Shown: positions 30,301 to 42,466, counted from the first letter of the stretch. The stretch: 64,000 nucleotides of DNA from an uncultured Nitrososphaerota archaeon (GCA_963824385.1 CAWGPD010000003.1:160001-224000); one strand, 5' to 3'. The notes: generated from the letters alone by a model not told the origin. Program-made: numbers and translations.

Positions 30301-30669
30301 CTACTTGGCACTCTTGTCCATCTGGATCATCCCAAAGATGTTTCCTTCCGTATCCATACATGTTGCAAAATATCCCACTCCTAGAATTGGCATCTTTGGC
30401 AAGAGTACCTGACCGCCTTTTGACGCAATTTTGCTTGTATATTCATCAAGAGATGGTACCTCTATGGTATTTGTTATGCTAATCTGTCCTGGCAATCTTC
30501 TTGCAAGGCCACCGTTAATTCCAGGCTCGTTATTCTCTCCAGTCTTTACCATCCAGTATTCCATAGGGCCATCCCACTTGTCAAACTTCCATCCAAATAC
30601 TTCAGAATAGAACTTTTGTGCCCGTTCTGGGTCGTCTGAGGGAATATCAAAATGTGTAATTCGCGGCAT
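30301..30669 (-). CDS. VOC/glyoxalase family protein
   Basis: HFDIP.DD.ERA..FY..VFGW...GINGG...DTEGN.FG. Confidence 0.92.
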   Translation of the reverse strand: MPRITHFDIPSDDPERAQKFYSEVFGWKFDKWDGPMEYWMVKTGENNEPGINGGLARRLPGQISITNTIEVPSLDEYTSKIASKGGQVLLPKMPILGVGYFATCMDTEGNIFGMIQMDKSAK

Positions 30670-30718
30670 TGTACAGTAATAATTTTAATGTTATATAAAT
30701 CTCAAAAGTTAAACTAGA

Positions 30719-33035
30719 TTATTTTATGTTGTGCATAGCCTTGAGATCTTTTGCAAATTGTTCCAATCCTTGAGGGATTGCAATCTCTATGGTATCCTTT
30801 AATGACAAATTCATGCTCTTTTTCTTGTTCCATACTTCGGAATTAAATTCCGTAATCTCTTTTGTATATTTTGTCCAGTCCTCATGTCCTTCATGTTCTA
30901 CAAATTTTTCATGGTGGATTGTTTTTTGCGAATAGAGATTTTGCCATAGATGATCTGTAATAAACGGAGTAATTGGTGCAAGCAATATCAAAACAGAAGA
31001 CAACACCTTGTGCAGTGTAAAGATTGCACCGTCTCGCTCTTCTTCTGTAAAGTCAGAGCTGTATGCTCTTCCCTTGACCATTTCAATATAGTGTGCCGCA
31101 AACAAATTCCATGTAAATTCTCTTAATGCTGTAGCTGGAATAAAGAAATTATATTCGCTATAACCCTTTTTGCATTCTAAAATTACTTTGTCAAGTTCTG
31201 AGAGTATCCACTTGTCAGAGGCACTAGGTTTTCCAGACTTTACTATGTTAAATCCAGAAAGAAATCTTGAAACATTCCAAAGTTTGCTTAGGAATTTTTT
31301 TGTAGTCTCTATCTTTTGCTCAGAGCATCTAAAGTCATATCCTACATTTATCTCACTTGCACTCCAGAATCGAAATGTATCTGCACCAAATTTTTGTATG
31401 ACAGGCAAAGGATCAATTACATTTCCTTTACTTTTGCTCATCTTTGCACCATGCTCGTCTACCCCATAGCCCATAATCCATGCATCACTCCATGGGGTCT
31501 TGCCAGTGAGTTTCTCACATCGTAGTATGGTATAGTATAGCCACGTACGCACGATATCCTTTGACTGGGGTCGTATGGTAGTAGGATATGTCTTGTTAAA
31601 AAATGCCTCATCTTGCTTGTATTTTGTTATATACAAAGGAGATACGGACGAGTCCATCCAGGTGTCAAATGTACGCTGCTCTCCTACAAATTCTGTAGAA
31701 TCACACTTTGTACATTTTGGAATAGGACAGAAATCCTTCCAAGGCCTGTAATATTTCCCAGGTTCGGGAACATGCGGCTCGTTGCATTTTTTGCAATACC
31801 ATATTGGGATCTCAGTTCCATAAAATCTTCTTCTAGATATTGGCCAGTCAATTGAGATTGATTCTAACCAGTTCATCAATATTTGCTTGTGCATTGGTGG
31901 ATGGAAATTAATTTTCATTCCAAGATCTTTAATTTTATCAACTGAATCTTTTTGTTTTAGATAATATTCCTCCATGGATATTATCTCAATTGCAGTCTTG
32001 CTTCTCTCAGATATTGGAGTCCTGTGATTTATACTGTCAATCTTTTCAACAAAGCCTTGGTTTGTCAAGTCTTCAATTATTTTTTCTCGTGCTTGTTTTA
32101 CTTTAAGGCCCGCATATGCACCTGCAACCTCTTTCATTCTTCCATTCATGCCAACTGCAGCAATCTCTTCAAGTTTTAGATCTCGAAATAGTGCAACGTC
32201 GTTTTGATCACCATAGTCTACAAACCATTACAGCGCCAGAGCCAAATTCTTTTTCTGCAGATGGATGTGCCTTTATCTCAACTTCTCTATTTACCAAAGG
32301 TATGATTACTTTTTTTCCAATAACATCTGCGTATCTTTGATCTTCAGGATTTACTATTATGGTCTGACATGCACATAATAATTCAGGTCTTGTACTTGCT
32401 ATTACAATTGTCCTCTCTGAATCTTTTACTTTAAATTTCATGTGGACTAGTTTTGTAGGAATATCTTCGTAAGTAATCTCGGCATCTGCTATGGTAGTAC
32501 CTGTTACCCAATCATAGTTGTTGGGCCTGTTTGCAAGATAGATCTGTCCTTGTTTCCACATGTCAATAAACGTGGACTGGGTTAGGGTGCGATATTTCTC
32601 AGAATCTGTTCTATAGTATTCTGCAAAATTACCACTCAAGCCAAGACTCTTCATTATCTGGATCATCTCTGCCTCTAAATCATCAAGTGCAGTCTCGCAG
32701 AGTTTCAAAAACTCTGCCCTGTCTGTCTCATGCATCCTAATTCCATGCTTTTTCTCTGTGTACATCTCAACAGGAAGGCCGTTTCTGTCAATTCCTATTG
32801 GAAATAGGACATTCTTTCCTGACATTCTTGCAGCTCTTGCAATCATGTCTATCTGTGCATAGTGAGAAGCTGCCCCAATATGCCATGGCCTTCCAGATGG
32901 ATATGGCGGTGGAGTATCAATTACAAAGACATCTCCCTCTGGCTTGAAATCGTAAATGTGAGTCTCATCCCATTGTTTTAGTATCTGTTTTTCAATCTCG
33001 GGATTCCAAGCAGTTTCCTTGATAGTTGGTTCCAT
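30719..33035 (-). CDS. valS: Valine--tRNA ligase, apparent +1 frameshift near 32217
   Basis: IDTPPP, HIGA, DWPISR, KMSKS; removing t32217 restores VMVCSYGD. Confidence 0.95.
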
Positions 33036-33038
33036 GTC

Positions 33039-33861
33039 CTAAATTTTTGAGATCTGTGATATGATATGGGCTCCCTTGTTATAGCCCTCATAAATGTAGA
33101 CACCTACTGCTTCTATATTTTTTGGCATCTTTGGAACTAGCAGTTTGATTAATTCTGTGGACAGATTTTCTACTGTTGCCTCTCCTCTCAAAAGATAAGT
33201 TGTATGTTTTGGAACCTGAAGATCAAATCGTCCCTTTGGACCATCAAATGCAATTCTATAATGTTCTGAATCTTCTTTTACCAAGTATCTTTCATTTATG
33301 AAAAATTTATGATCCATTACTCCAATTACTTCTTTGATTATCTTCTTTGCCTCTCCAAAGTCCATCAGCAAATTGTTCTTCATCTCTCCGACTAGCTCGA
33401 CTGTAACAGATGAAGTGTGGCCATGTAATATTGAACACTTTTCAACTAACGGTAAAATGTGTGCATAATCAAATGCAAATGCAGGATCTTCCATAAATAT
33501 AGAACCTGTCTGAACCTCTTGGGTCTTGTATAGTATGATATCTTGTAATTCTGATAATCTCGCTGCGAATTTTGGATGCCCCATTGCTATAATTTTTACA
33601 TCAGTTAATTCTTGCTTGAGTTCCTTGTATTTTGTTATGTCACTTTCAACATCAATTACTTCGATAATTCCCTTGTCTGTCTTAAAATCAACTTTTACCT
33701 TGTTGCCATTTTTCAGTGTAATGGAATAATCATATTGGTATTCAATTTGCAAAAACTCTAGCATCTGAGCAATTGAGAGACTCAGTTCTGCTTCTCAAAA
33801 GATTTCCTTTTCCGTCAATATACTTAAAATCCGAATCCAAGATTGCAGAGCCAGTTGACAT
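33039..33861 (-). CDS. queD: QueD/6-pyruvoyl-tetrahydropterin synthase family protein with extra N-terminal domain; apparent frameshift near 33780
   Basis: F..AH......CSILHGH, DFG..K, DH, T.EN. Confidence 0.8.
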
Positions 33862-33918
33862 TTGAAAAATTGTGCCTAGTCCGTATATAAATTCTGTACA
33901 GGTGATAAGTGAGAGTTC

Positions 33919-34200
33919 TTACTTTTTGAGCAAGTTTAGTGTTCTTGCAAGGATGATGTCATTTTGTGTAATTCCTCCAGCATCATGTGTTACCAAATCA
34001 ACTGAAATCTTGTTGTATACATTAAACCACTCGGGATGGTGATTCATCTTTTCTATGTGGATTGCAGCTCTTGTCATAAAACCAAAGGCCTCGACAAAAT
34101 CATCAAATACAAAATCCTTGTGTAATTTTCCATTCACTATGCCCCATCCTGACAATTCTTTTAATTCCGTTTTGATTTGCTCATCAGAAAGTCTCATCAT
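33919..34200 (-). CDS. phhB: Pterin-4-alpha-carbinolamine dehydratase
   Basis: E.MNHHPEW.NVYN...THD.GG.T..D. Confidence 0.93.
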   Translation of the reverse strand: MMRLSDEQIKTELKELSGWGIVNGKLHKDFVFDDFVEAFGFMTRAAIHIEKMNHHPEWFNVYNKISVDLVTHDAGGITQNDIILARTLNLLKK

Positions 34201-34256
34201 TGATATGATTTTTTTAAAGAATCCTATATTTAACTCTCAAAGCAAGTTCACTATAG

Positions 34257-35042
34257 ATGATAATCTTGGCAGGTCTTGAAAAAGAACTATACGAAATTAT
34301 GGTACAATCTCTAGAAAGCGTTAAAGAATCAAAGACTGTAGGAATTTCTTTTTCAGGTGGGGTAGATAGCTCACTTTTAACAAAGATTGCAAAAGATCTT
34401 GGCTATGATGTTGTACTTTTGACAATGGGCTTTGAAGACTCACATGATGTCGAGTTTTCAAAAACTATAGCAAAGACACTTGGCATACAACATGAAATTG
34501 AGCTAATATCTGAAAAAACATTCTCAGATGTGGCAAGAAAGATCTCTGACATGATTAACGTTGATAATTTGTCCTGGAATGAAAACTGTATTGCATTTTA
34601 TTATGTTGCAAAACTTGCAAAAAAGCACAATATATCCAAAGTCATTACTGCTAACGGAATTGATGAATTATTTTGTGGTTACAACTCTTATCGAGACTTT
34701 ATTCCAGAGGGTGAAGACGCAGTTGTTGGATTGATGAAAGAGAAGCTAGACAATGAAATACGTATGATGAGAGCAGTAAATCAAGTAACATCAGAGTTTG
34801 GAGTCCAGATTGTCCAGCCTTTTCTATCTGAGAAATTCATCGAGTTTGCAAAGACAGTTCCATTGGAACAAAAAATAAAGGACAAGGATGACTTGATGAG
34901 AAAACACATTGTTCGAAAATTGGCTTTATCAATTGGAGTTCCAGAAGAGTCTGCACTAAAACAAAAAAAGGCAATGCAGTATGGTTCTTTGATTCACAAA
35001 AATTTCTTAAAAGTCAAGAAAACTTGGAACATGAACTTTTGA
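34257..35042 (+). CDS. Asparagine synthase C-terminal domain protein (no glutaminase domain)
   Basis: FSGGVDS PP-loop, GIDELFCGY, PFL, KKAMQYG. Confidence 0.85.
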   Translation: MIILAGLEKELYEIMVQSLESVKESKTVGISFSGGVDSSLLTKIAKDLGYDVVLLTMGFEDSHDVEFSKTIAKTLGIQHEIELISEKTFSDVARKISDMINVDNLSWNENCIAFYYVAKLAKKHNISKVITANGIDELFCGYNSYRDFIPEGEDAVVGLMKEKLDNEIRMMRAVNQVTSEFGVQIVQPFLSEKFIEFAKTVPLEQKIKDKDDLMRKHIVRKLALSIGVPEESALKQKKAMQYGSLIHKNFLKVKKTWNMNF

Positions 35043-36374
35043 CTTTGCTTGATACATTTTTAATTATATCAAATGATGCTCCAAGGTGATTTTTAGGAAC
35101 AAAAATTTTGCCAATCTCATTATATGTCAAGTGAGATGAGATTGCCTTGTCTTTTCTTATTGCATCTCTAAAGTCTGTTCCTTCTGAAGATGATGCAAAT
35201 GCAACTCTCTGAATATCTCTATAGGCTTCAAATCTTGGAACACCTTTTTGGATTAATGCATCAAGTACAAATTCTGCAAAGATCTGACCTCTTGTTATTT
35301 CCAGATTTTCTTTAATCTTATCTTCGTTTACAAATATGGAACTGAGAATCTTTGTCATGGCTTCAAGCATTTCGTCTAAAAGTATGGCAGTGGTTGGAAG
35401 GATGAATCTCTCGTTTGCAGAGTTGGACAAGTCTCTTTCATGCCATAATGGGATATTTTCAAAGGCAACTGAGATCTGACTGCGTAATAATTTTGAAAGC
35501 GATGTTACACGCTCACTTTTTACAGGATTTCTCTTGACTGGAACTGCACTACTTCCCATCTGACCTTTCTTGAAGGGTTCCGCAACTTCTCCTATCTCAG
35601 TTCTCTGGAGATTTCGGATCTCAACGGCAATCTTTTCAAGTGTTGAACCAACTAGTGCCATGACAAAGATATATTCTGCATATCTTTCACGCGGAACAAC
35701 CTGAGTTGTAACATCTGCCGGATAAAGCTCAAGTTTCTTTGCTACTCTTCTTTGTACTTCCAAAGCTTTTGAGCCCATGAGCGAGCCTGTTCCAACAACA
35801 CCAAGTGTCTTACAAATCAAAATTCTCTTCTTTATCTCTTCAATTCTTTCTACATGCTTTGACATCTCAAGTGCCCAGTTGGCAAATTTCAAACCAAATG
35901 AAATTATACTTGCATGCTGGCCGTGGGTTCTTCCAACTGCTGGAAGCCCTTTGTATTTTATGGCTTTATCTGCTAATATGATGGCTAATTTTGCTATCTT
36001 TGGCTCTATTATGCGAAGGGTATCGCGGAATTGTAATGAATTACTTGTGTCTACTAGATCGTTACTTGTCAAACCATAATGTATCCATGGTCTTGCAGAT
36101 GTCTTGCATATCTCACTTAACGCCTCAACTAGAGATGCAGTATCATGATCACTTTTTGCTTCTAGTTGTTTGACTCGATTTACTGAAATTTTTCCAGACC
36201 TTGCCATCTTTGATATGTTCAAAGCTGCATCTTTTGGAATCATCTTGATTTCTGACTGGGATAGGGCTACTGCTGCTTCGATTTCTAATTGATACGAGAT
36301 CTTTTTTGATCATCAAAAATCTCTTTCATAGCCTCAGTACCATAACGACCTCCATCAATTGGAAGAATTGGCAT
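35014..36374 (-). CDS. purB: Adenylosuccinate lyase, apparent -1 frameshift in the T-run at 36302-36307
   Basis: HYGLTSND, GRTHGQ, GSSAVPVKRNP; N-terminus MPILPIDGGRYG is in the adjacent frame. Confidence 0.95.
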
Positions 36375-36409
36375 GTATGGGATCAATTGATCATGGAAAA
36401 TAAATCTAC

Positions 36410-36607
36410 TTGTATCAAACTATGATTATGATCGACACTTTTTTTTATCCTCACGGGCAAACTAATTCCGTGAATTCTGAGAAAAACCAAGAAAAAAAGA
36501 ACTTGGCAGAAGACAAAGTTTTCAATGATTCAGAAGACAAGACTGATTTGCTTGAAGGCAAAACATTACATGACTTGTATAGACATACTACCAAGATGAT
36601 CAAATAA
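36410..36607 (+). CDS. Small hypothetical protein
   Basis: ORF fills the intergenic gap; no motif recognised. Confidence 0.45.
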   Translation: MYQTMIMIDTFFYPHGQTNSVNSEKNQEKKNLAEDKVFNDSEDKTDLLEGKTLHDLYRHTTKMIK

Positions 36608-36670
36608 TATAATGAAAATCGCATACTCATGATTTAAATTGTGTACGGGTACCTTTTTTCGCAGAAAGAG

Positions 36671-38123
36671 ATGTCCTCACTAATTCCAAAGAAAATCCGA
36701 GAGATGGAGTATCGTATTGAAGCTGATCCATCAAAAGGTATGAAAGTTCCAGTTACGATTTATGCTGATGACAAATTGTTGCAAAAAATGCTTACCGACA
36801 GAACAATTCAGCAAGCAATTAACGTATCAACTATCCCTGGGGTTCTAAAACACGTTGTAGTTCTTCCAGACGGCCATGAAGGTTATGGCTTTCCTGTTGG
36901 TGGTGTAGCAGCAATGGATGCCGAAGAAGGAATGATTAGTCCAGGAGGGGTAGGTTATGATATCAACTGCGGTGTAAGACTCATCAAGACAAATCTTACC
37001 GAAAAGGATGTTCGACCAAGACTTCGAGACCTTGTCTCAGAGTTGTTTACATCAATTCCGTCTGGTGTAGGTTCAAAAGGTGCAGTCAGATTATCTCCAT
37101 CTGATCTAGATGAAGTTTTAGTAAAAGGTGTACAATGGGCAGTTGATCATGGATATGGTTCAAAAGATGATGCAGATGTGTGTGAAGAAAACGGTCAGAT
37201 AAAAAATGCCGACCCTTCAAAAATTTCTCCCACTGCAAGAAAAAGGGGAGCGCCTCAACTAGGAAGCTTGGGTTCGGGAAATCATTTTCTTGAAGTACAA
37301 CGTGTTGATCAGATTCATGACAAGGAAGCTGCAAAAAAGATGGGAATCTTTAACGAAGGTCAAATTACTGTATTGATTCACTGTGGTTCTAGAGGATTTG
37401 GACACCAAGTATGTAGTGATTATCTTAGGGTATCAGAACAGTCGCTTTCAAAATACAAAATAAATCTAGTGGACAGAGAACTTGCATGTGTTCCAAATTC
37501 TTCTGAAGAAGGGGAATCATATCGAAGAGCAATGTTTGCAGCATTAAATTATGCGTGGAGTAATAGACAGATGATCACCCATTGGACAAGAAAGGCCTTT
37601 GAGCGAATCTTCAAACAAACAGAATCTGATCTTGACATGAAACTAATCTATGATGTCAGCTCACAACATTGCAAAAGTTGAAAAACACAAAATCGACGGG
37701 GAGCTTCGTTCAGTTGTTGTTCATAGAAAAGGTGCAACAAGAGCATTCCCACAAGGAAGAGAAGAAATTCCTAAAAAGTACCGAGACATTGGTCAGCCAG
37801 TCTTCATACCAGGTTCAATGGGTACTGGTAGCTGGATCTTGTTGGGAAAACCAAATTCTATGGATCTTAGCTTTGGTTCTACTGCCCATGGTGCAGGAAG
37901 GATGATGTCAAGATCTGCTGCAAGGCGAGGTTTTACTGAAAGCCAAGTACAAAAAACTCTCAGCGATAAAGGAATTTTCATAAAAGCTCTCACAAGAGAA
38001 GGTGTAGTGGAAGAGACACCTGAAGCATACAAGGATGTAGACGCTGTTGCAAACGTATCTCACGAACTTGGAATAGCTACCAAAGTAGCAAAACTTGTTC
38101 CAATTGGGGTAATCAAGGGTTGA
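36671..38123 (+). CDS. rtcB: tRNA-splicing ligase RtcB, apparent +1 frameshift near 37657
   Basis: PDGHEGYGFP, DINCG, GNHF, HRKGAT, HGAGR; removing c37657 restores YDVAHNIAK. Confidence 0.96.
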
Positions 38124-38626
38124 GCGAAGAAGACAGAGAACTAGAGCGTCTCAAGGCAAAAAGGATGCTTGAGATGCAAAAAAATATCTCACAACAACAG
38201 AAAATTGAAGAATTAAAAAATGAACCAAAAAAACCACAGATTTCTTCACGTGATTTAGTAGTAAAACAGCTTGGATATAGAGGAGTTGAGGTTCTTCAAA
38301 ATGCAGAAGCTCAATTTCCAGAAGAGTCCAAAGTTGTCATAGAAAAACTTGCAGAGCTTATTCAAGGAGGAGAAGTTTCTGAAATCATCGATGGAGGAAA
38401 ATTACTGACCTTGTTTAGGTCTCTTGACATTCGAGTGAGAATGCAAACTACCATTAATGTTGAACAGGATGGAAAATTGGTATCTTGGTCTGACAAACTA
38501 AAAGGTGATGTGAAAACTGAATATGAACAATCATCAGAACCTGCTACTGAATCTTCAACTCAGTCCTTAGAGTCTTCTGGACAACCAAGTACTGAAAATA
38601 CTTCAAACTCTTCTGAACAATTCTAA
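38120..38626 (+). CDS. PDCD5-like double-stranded DNA-binding protein with Ser/Glu-rich tail
   Basis: D.ELE.L...R..E.Q N-terminus and I....L..L helix pattern. Confidence 0.7.
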   Translation: MSEEDRELERLKAKRMLEMQKNISQQQKIEELKNEPKKPQISSRDLVVKQLGYRGVEVLQNAEAQFPEESKVVIEKLAELIQGGEVSEIIDGGKLLTLFRSLDIRVRMQTTINVEQDGKLVSWSDKLKGDVKTEYEQSSEPATESSTQSLESSGQPSTENTSNSSEQF

Positions 38627-38690
38627 AGTTATTCCAAGACAGTTTGACTGAACCAAAATAAGTTTATTATTCGTGTATAGCGGTGTATGA

Positions 38691-39023
38691 TTGCTAATGC
38701 ACGGTAGACCAACCATAATTCAAGTTGCAACAACCAACTATGAAACTGATAGAGCAATTGTTACAAATACGATGGAAGAGATACAAACTCTTTGCGGTAT
38801 CAAGGAAGGCTTTCTTATTGAAAGTAATGCTATGGAAAGATTTGGTTGGGCTTTTTTCAGAGTATTGATTAAAACAGAATTACTTGCCCAAATGGACTTG
38901 AAATACGGAGATCAGATTGCAAAAACAAAAGGAAAGAAAATTGAAGAAAAATTTGTAACTTTTATGACAAAATTTTTCGAGACCAAAAATGCTAAAGTAA
39001 AACTAAAACTTGTAGATGCTTAG
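38691..39023 (+). CDS. Hypothetical protein
   Basis: 110-aa ORF, TATA upstream, convergent with rps11. Confidence 0.65.
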   Translation: MLMHGRPTIIQVATTNYETDRAIVTNTMEEIQTLCGIKEGFLIESNAMERFGWAFFRVLIKTELLAQMDLKYGDQIAKTKGKKIEEKFVTFMTKFFETKNAKVKLKLVDA

Positions 39024-39427
39024 ACTCTTCTTCCTCTTTTACCACCCTTCTTTCTTGTGGTATCATGAGGGATTGGTGTTACATCATCAATTCTTCCAAT
39101 CTTAAATCCGCCTCTTGCTAGTGCTCTAATTGCTGCTTGTGCACCAGGACCTGGAACACGTGAACCGACTCCTCCTACCGCTCTTACTCTAATGTGAAGA
39201 CCAGTGAAGCCTTTGTCATGTGCTGCTTCAACAACTGCTGCTGTTGATTTCATTGCTGCATAAGGAGATGATTCATATCTGTCTGCGTTAACATGTCGTC
39301 CACCAGAGCTTATTGCTACAGTCTCTGCCCCAGAAACATCTGTGATGTGTACTATGGTATTGTTGAAACTACTGAAAATGTGAGCTATTCCCCATTTTTC
39401 CTTGGCAGTCTCTTGTTCGGACAACAT
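39020..39427 (-). CDS. rps11: 30S ribosomal protein S11 (uS11)
   Basis: [32 protein letters not shown]. Confidence 0.98.
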   Translation of the reverse strand: MLSEQETAKEKWGIAHIFSSFNNTIVHITDVSGAETVAISSGGRHVNADRYESSPYAAMKSTAAVVEAAHDKGFTGLHIRVRAVGGVGSRVPGPGAQAAIRALARGGFKIGRIDDVTPIPHDTTRKKGGKRGRRV

Positions 39428-39457
39428 CTCAAGACTCTCGAACGGGTTTAAAAAACA

Positions 39458-40411
39458 TTAGGATCTGAGGTGTACCCAACCACACCTTTTGATTTTCTTG
39501 GGCTTGAACTTCTCCATGAGAACCACATCTTTGCCCCTGGCTACATAACCTATTTCAAATAAAGGCACTTGTAATTTTTTTGCCATTTTTCTGATTTGAC
39601 GCAAATTAACAGGTGATATGGTAAAGACCATTTCATACTCCTCTCCGCCACAAAAAACCAACTCTTTCAAATCAACTCTGTTCTTTGCCGAAAATTCTAT
39701 TACGTCATATTGTGTTGGAAAACCAAATATTACAAATCTCTTTTTGCTCTGCTCGCTCATGTCGTTAAGTGTTATGGAAAGTCCGTCACTAGAGTCCATT
39801 GATGATGAAAAATATTTTGCCGCCTGTATTCCAAATCGTAACCTTGGAGTTGGTCTCATTACTTTTCCCATACATTTCCTAAAAAATTGTGGATTAGTTT
39901 TGTACTTGTTTAAAATAATCTTCAAACCTGAAGAAGAATACCCAAAAGGACCTGATGTTGCTATAATGTCTCCAATCTCTGCACCTCCCCTTAATGGCAT
40001 CTTTTTGTTTTCTCCTCCAAACATGGATACTTCGATGATCAGCTCCTTTCCTTGATTTGTATCACCACCTACTATCTTTAACCCAAATTCTTTTGAGGCT
40101 GATGCAAAACCTTCTGCCAACTGGTTTATCATCTTCTGTGTAAAACCACGTGGTATTGCCAATGAAATTGTAGCAAATTGGGGCTTGACTCCCTTGCAGG
40201 AAAAGTCGCTTACACATGCAACTATGCTCTTTCTTGCAATCTCTGAAATCTTCATTCTTGGAGGTACATCGGTACTCTGAACCAGCATGTCAGATTTTAT
40301 AATAAACTTGGAGTTGCCAATTTTTATAACTTCAACATCGTCTGCTAATCCAGACTTGGCAAATCTTTTTTGAAATATTTTGATTATCTTTCTTTCATCT
40401 GGATTCTTCAT
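39458..40411 (-). CDS. thiL: Thiamine-monophosphate kinase
   Basis: DD, SD, IVGGDT, DSSDGL, GGEEYE. Confidence 0.92.
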   Translation of the reverse strand: MKNPDERKIIKIFQKRFAKSGLADDVEVIKIGNSKFIIKSDMLVQSTDVPPRMKISEIARKSIVACVSDFSCKGVKPQFATISLAIPRGFTQKMINQLAEGFASASKEFGLKIVGGDTNQGKELIIEVSMFGGENKKMPLRGGAEIGDIIATSGPFGYSSSGLKIILNKYKTNPQFFRKCMGKVMRPTPRLRFGIQAAKYFSSSMDSSDGLSITLNDMSEQSKKRFVIFGFPTQYDVIEFSAKNRVDLKELVFCGGEEYEMVFTISPVNLRQIRKMAKKLQVPLFEIGYVARGKDVVLMEKFKPKKIKRCGWVHLRS

Positions 40412-41693
40412 AACTTTGTTTAACCAGCATAGTGATTTGTTTTTCTATTGATTTTGCTTTATTGAGGTCGTTTGACTCTGCAGAGACCCTGATTATGTGC
40501 TCTGTATTTGACTGTCTCACTAGAACCCAGCTGTCTTCATCTATTATGGACTTTATACCGTCAATTGTTATAATCTGACTAGATTGTTTCCTCATCTTTT
40601 TTAATAGAATTCCAAGTGTTTTCTTGTGGAGTTTGGAGTCTACGCTTACTTTGGTTCTTATCTGATGATATCCTTCCATGAATTTGATTGTCTCATTGAA
40701 TTGTTTTGTTCCAACCATTGATGCAATAAGACCACTTGTCAAAATCCCGTCTCTACACATGTTGAATTCTGGCAAAATAAATCCAGCACTGCTTCCCTCT
40801 CCACCTGCTTGAGATTTTGTTTTTAACATCATGTCAACTACATTTGCCTCTCCGACTTTGGATCTGTTGACAATACCACCTTGATCTGTAACAAACTTTT
40901 CAATTGCAATACTAGTATCAATACTTAGAACAAATTTTTTGTATCCCTTTTCAAGTGCACCTGCAACCCCCAGACCTAATGTAACATCAGGTGATTTTTT
41001 CTTGCCGTCTTTTACTATAACTAGTCTATCTCCATCCAAATCAAAAGCAAAACCAATATCTGCTTTTTTTGAAGCTTGGACTAGTCCTGATAATTTATCA
41101 TTTGTAGGATCTGGACCTCTATTTGATTTTCCTGGTATTTTATTTATCACACTTGTCTTACAACCTAGTTTTTCTAGTAACTGTGGAGCAACCTCAAATG
41201 CTGCACCGCCACCAATGTCGATGGCTATCTTTGGCGATTTTTTTATTCTTCCAATTACTTTGGCTGCCTCATCAATATATCTTGATTTTACCTGTATTTC
41301 AGTCCCAAATTTTTCTTTATGAAATTGGTCTTCTTTTACCAACTGTTCTAATTCTGACTCATTAATTCCCCTGCCTTCTAGAATAAACTTTAGACCATTC
41401 CATTCTAATGGATTGTGTGAAGATGTAACAATCAGACCGCTACCATATTTTCTTGCTTCTCTGAATATGACAGGTGTGGGAGAAATACCTAGATTATACA
41501 CTGAGATTCCTCTTTCTAAAAGAGAGGCAACTGCAACATTTGTTACAATCTCACCTGATGGTCTTGTATCTCTTCCAACAACACATTTTTTTGACTTGAT
41601 TAAAGGCGAAAAATTTCTACAATAATGAATTATGTCCTTAAAATTAAGGTCATTACCAAAAATTCCTCGAACTCCGGAAATTGATACCTTCAA
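40395..41693 (-). CDS. Phosphohexomutase (PMM/PGM/GlmM family)
   Basis: GRDTR, SSHNP, DLDGDR, GGEGS, RQSNTE. Confidence 0.93.
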   Translation of the reverse strand: MKVSISGVRGIFGNDLNFKDIIHYCRNFSPLIKSKKCVVGRDTRPSGEIVTNVAVASLLERGISVYNLGISPTPVIFREARKYGSGLIVTSSHNPLEWNGLKFILEGRGINESELEQLVKEDQFHKEKFGTEIQVKSRYIDEAAKVIGRIKKSPKIAIDIGGGAAFEVAPQLLEKLGCKTSVINKIPGKSNRGPDPTNDKLSGLVQASKKADIGFAFDLDGDRLVIVKDGKKKSPDVTLGLGVAGALEKGYKKFVLSIDTSIAIEKFVTDQGGIVNRSKVGEANVVDMMLKTKSQAGGEGSSAGFILPEFNMCRDGILTSGLIASMVGTKQFNETIKFMEGYHQIRTKVSVDSKLHKKTLGILLKKMRKQSSQIITIDGIKSIIDEDSWVLVRQSNTEHIIRVSAESNDLNKAKSIEKQITMLVKQSYEESR

Positions 41694-41746
41694 TGAATCA
41701 AAACTACAAAGGCTTTTTATAAACTCTAATTACATTTCGAACCACT

Positions 41747-41820
41747 GCCTCGATAGCTCAGCCTGGTAGAGCGAACGCCTCGTAAGCGTTAGGCCGTGGG
41801 ATCGAATCCCATTCGAGGCT
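41747..41820 (+). tRNA. trnT: tRNA-Thr(CGT)
   Basis: GCCTCGA/TCGAGGC acceptor; AACGC-CT-CGT-AA-GCGTT; TATA upstream. Confidence 0.95.
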
Positions 41821-41858
41821 TTAATCAAGTAAATGCAGAAAATGATCTTCGAATTATT

Positions 41859-41957
41859 CTAAAGTCTGGTATCTTCTACTTTTTCATCAAGAGATTCGAT
41901 ATCTAATTCGAGTTCTTTTGCAAGTCCTTTCCACCATGCTAATGTCTCTGCCACCAA
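41859..41957 (-). CDS. Putative 32-aa protein MVAETLAWWKGLAKELELDIESLDEKVEDTRL (not in ORF track)
   Basis: Strong SD-like AAGGGGAG just before the TTG/GTG start. Confidence 0.6.
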   Translation of the reverse strand: MVAETLAWWKGLAKELELDIESLDEKVEDTRL

Positions 41958-42184
41958 TACTCCCCTTTTGATAAACCAAACTACACCTTTATAGATCTGT
42001 CGGTTTACTGTCCGCTAACTCAAAAATCGATTTTTTTTATCTAAAAATTATTGTCCATTTCATTTTAAGATCTCTGATAGTTTTAGATCGAGTTGAATTT
42101 TTAAAATAATTCTAAAAAATAGATCTTAAAAAATTTTAATCAAATATGGATTCTAAGATTTTAAAAATAATAAAAAATAGAGGC

Positions 42185-42466
42185 TTAAAGATCTAAGCCA
42201 AAAGAGTCTGCAAGATTCTGGAATCTTTCATATGACTGTAGATATTGCTTACCTTTTGATGTTATGACAAATGTGTTCTTTCCGTCGAATTCTATCTTGT
42301 TGATTAGACCTGCACCAGTTAGATTGTCTACGAATTTGGATAGTCTTGAATGTGATAAATTGGCCTTTGTTAGAAGTGATGTTACATTAATTCCGTTCAT
42401 ACCGCTTTCTTCTGTTACAGTAAGCAAATCTCTTACTATCTGCATGCTTGTTCTATATGCTACCAT
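42185..42466 (-). CDS. Winged-helix transcriptional regulator (HTH_45-like)
   Basis: YRT.M.I..D.L...ANLS.SRL...IT.KG..YL...ADSFGL; close paralog of 49024..49314. Confidence 0.88.
   Translation of the reverse strand: MVAYRTSMQIVRDLLTVTEESGMNGINVTSLLTKANLSHSRLSKFVDNLTGAGLINKIEFDGKNTFVITSKGKQYLQSYERFQNLADSFGLDL

Noticed and set aside
30719..38123. valS, purB and rtcB as pseudogenes or programmed frameshifts
   Set aside because: Single-base repairs restore intact conserved motifs, there is no other decay, and the breaks sit on AGCT/GATC; sequencing error is the simpler explanation
42000..42184. AT-rich stretch with repeated AGATCT-like words as a replication origin
   Set aside because: No ORB-like repeats recognised and no cdc6/orc1 gene nearby
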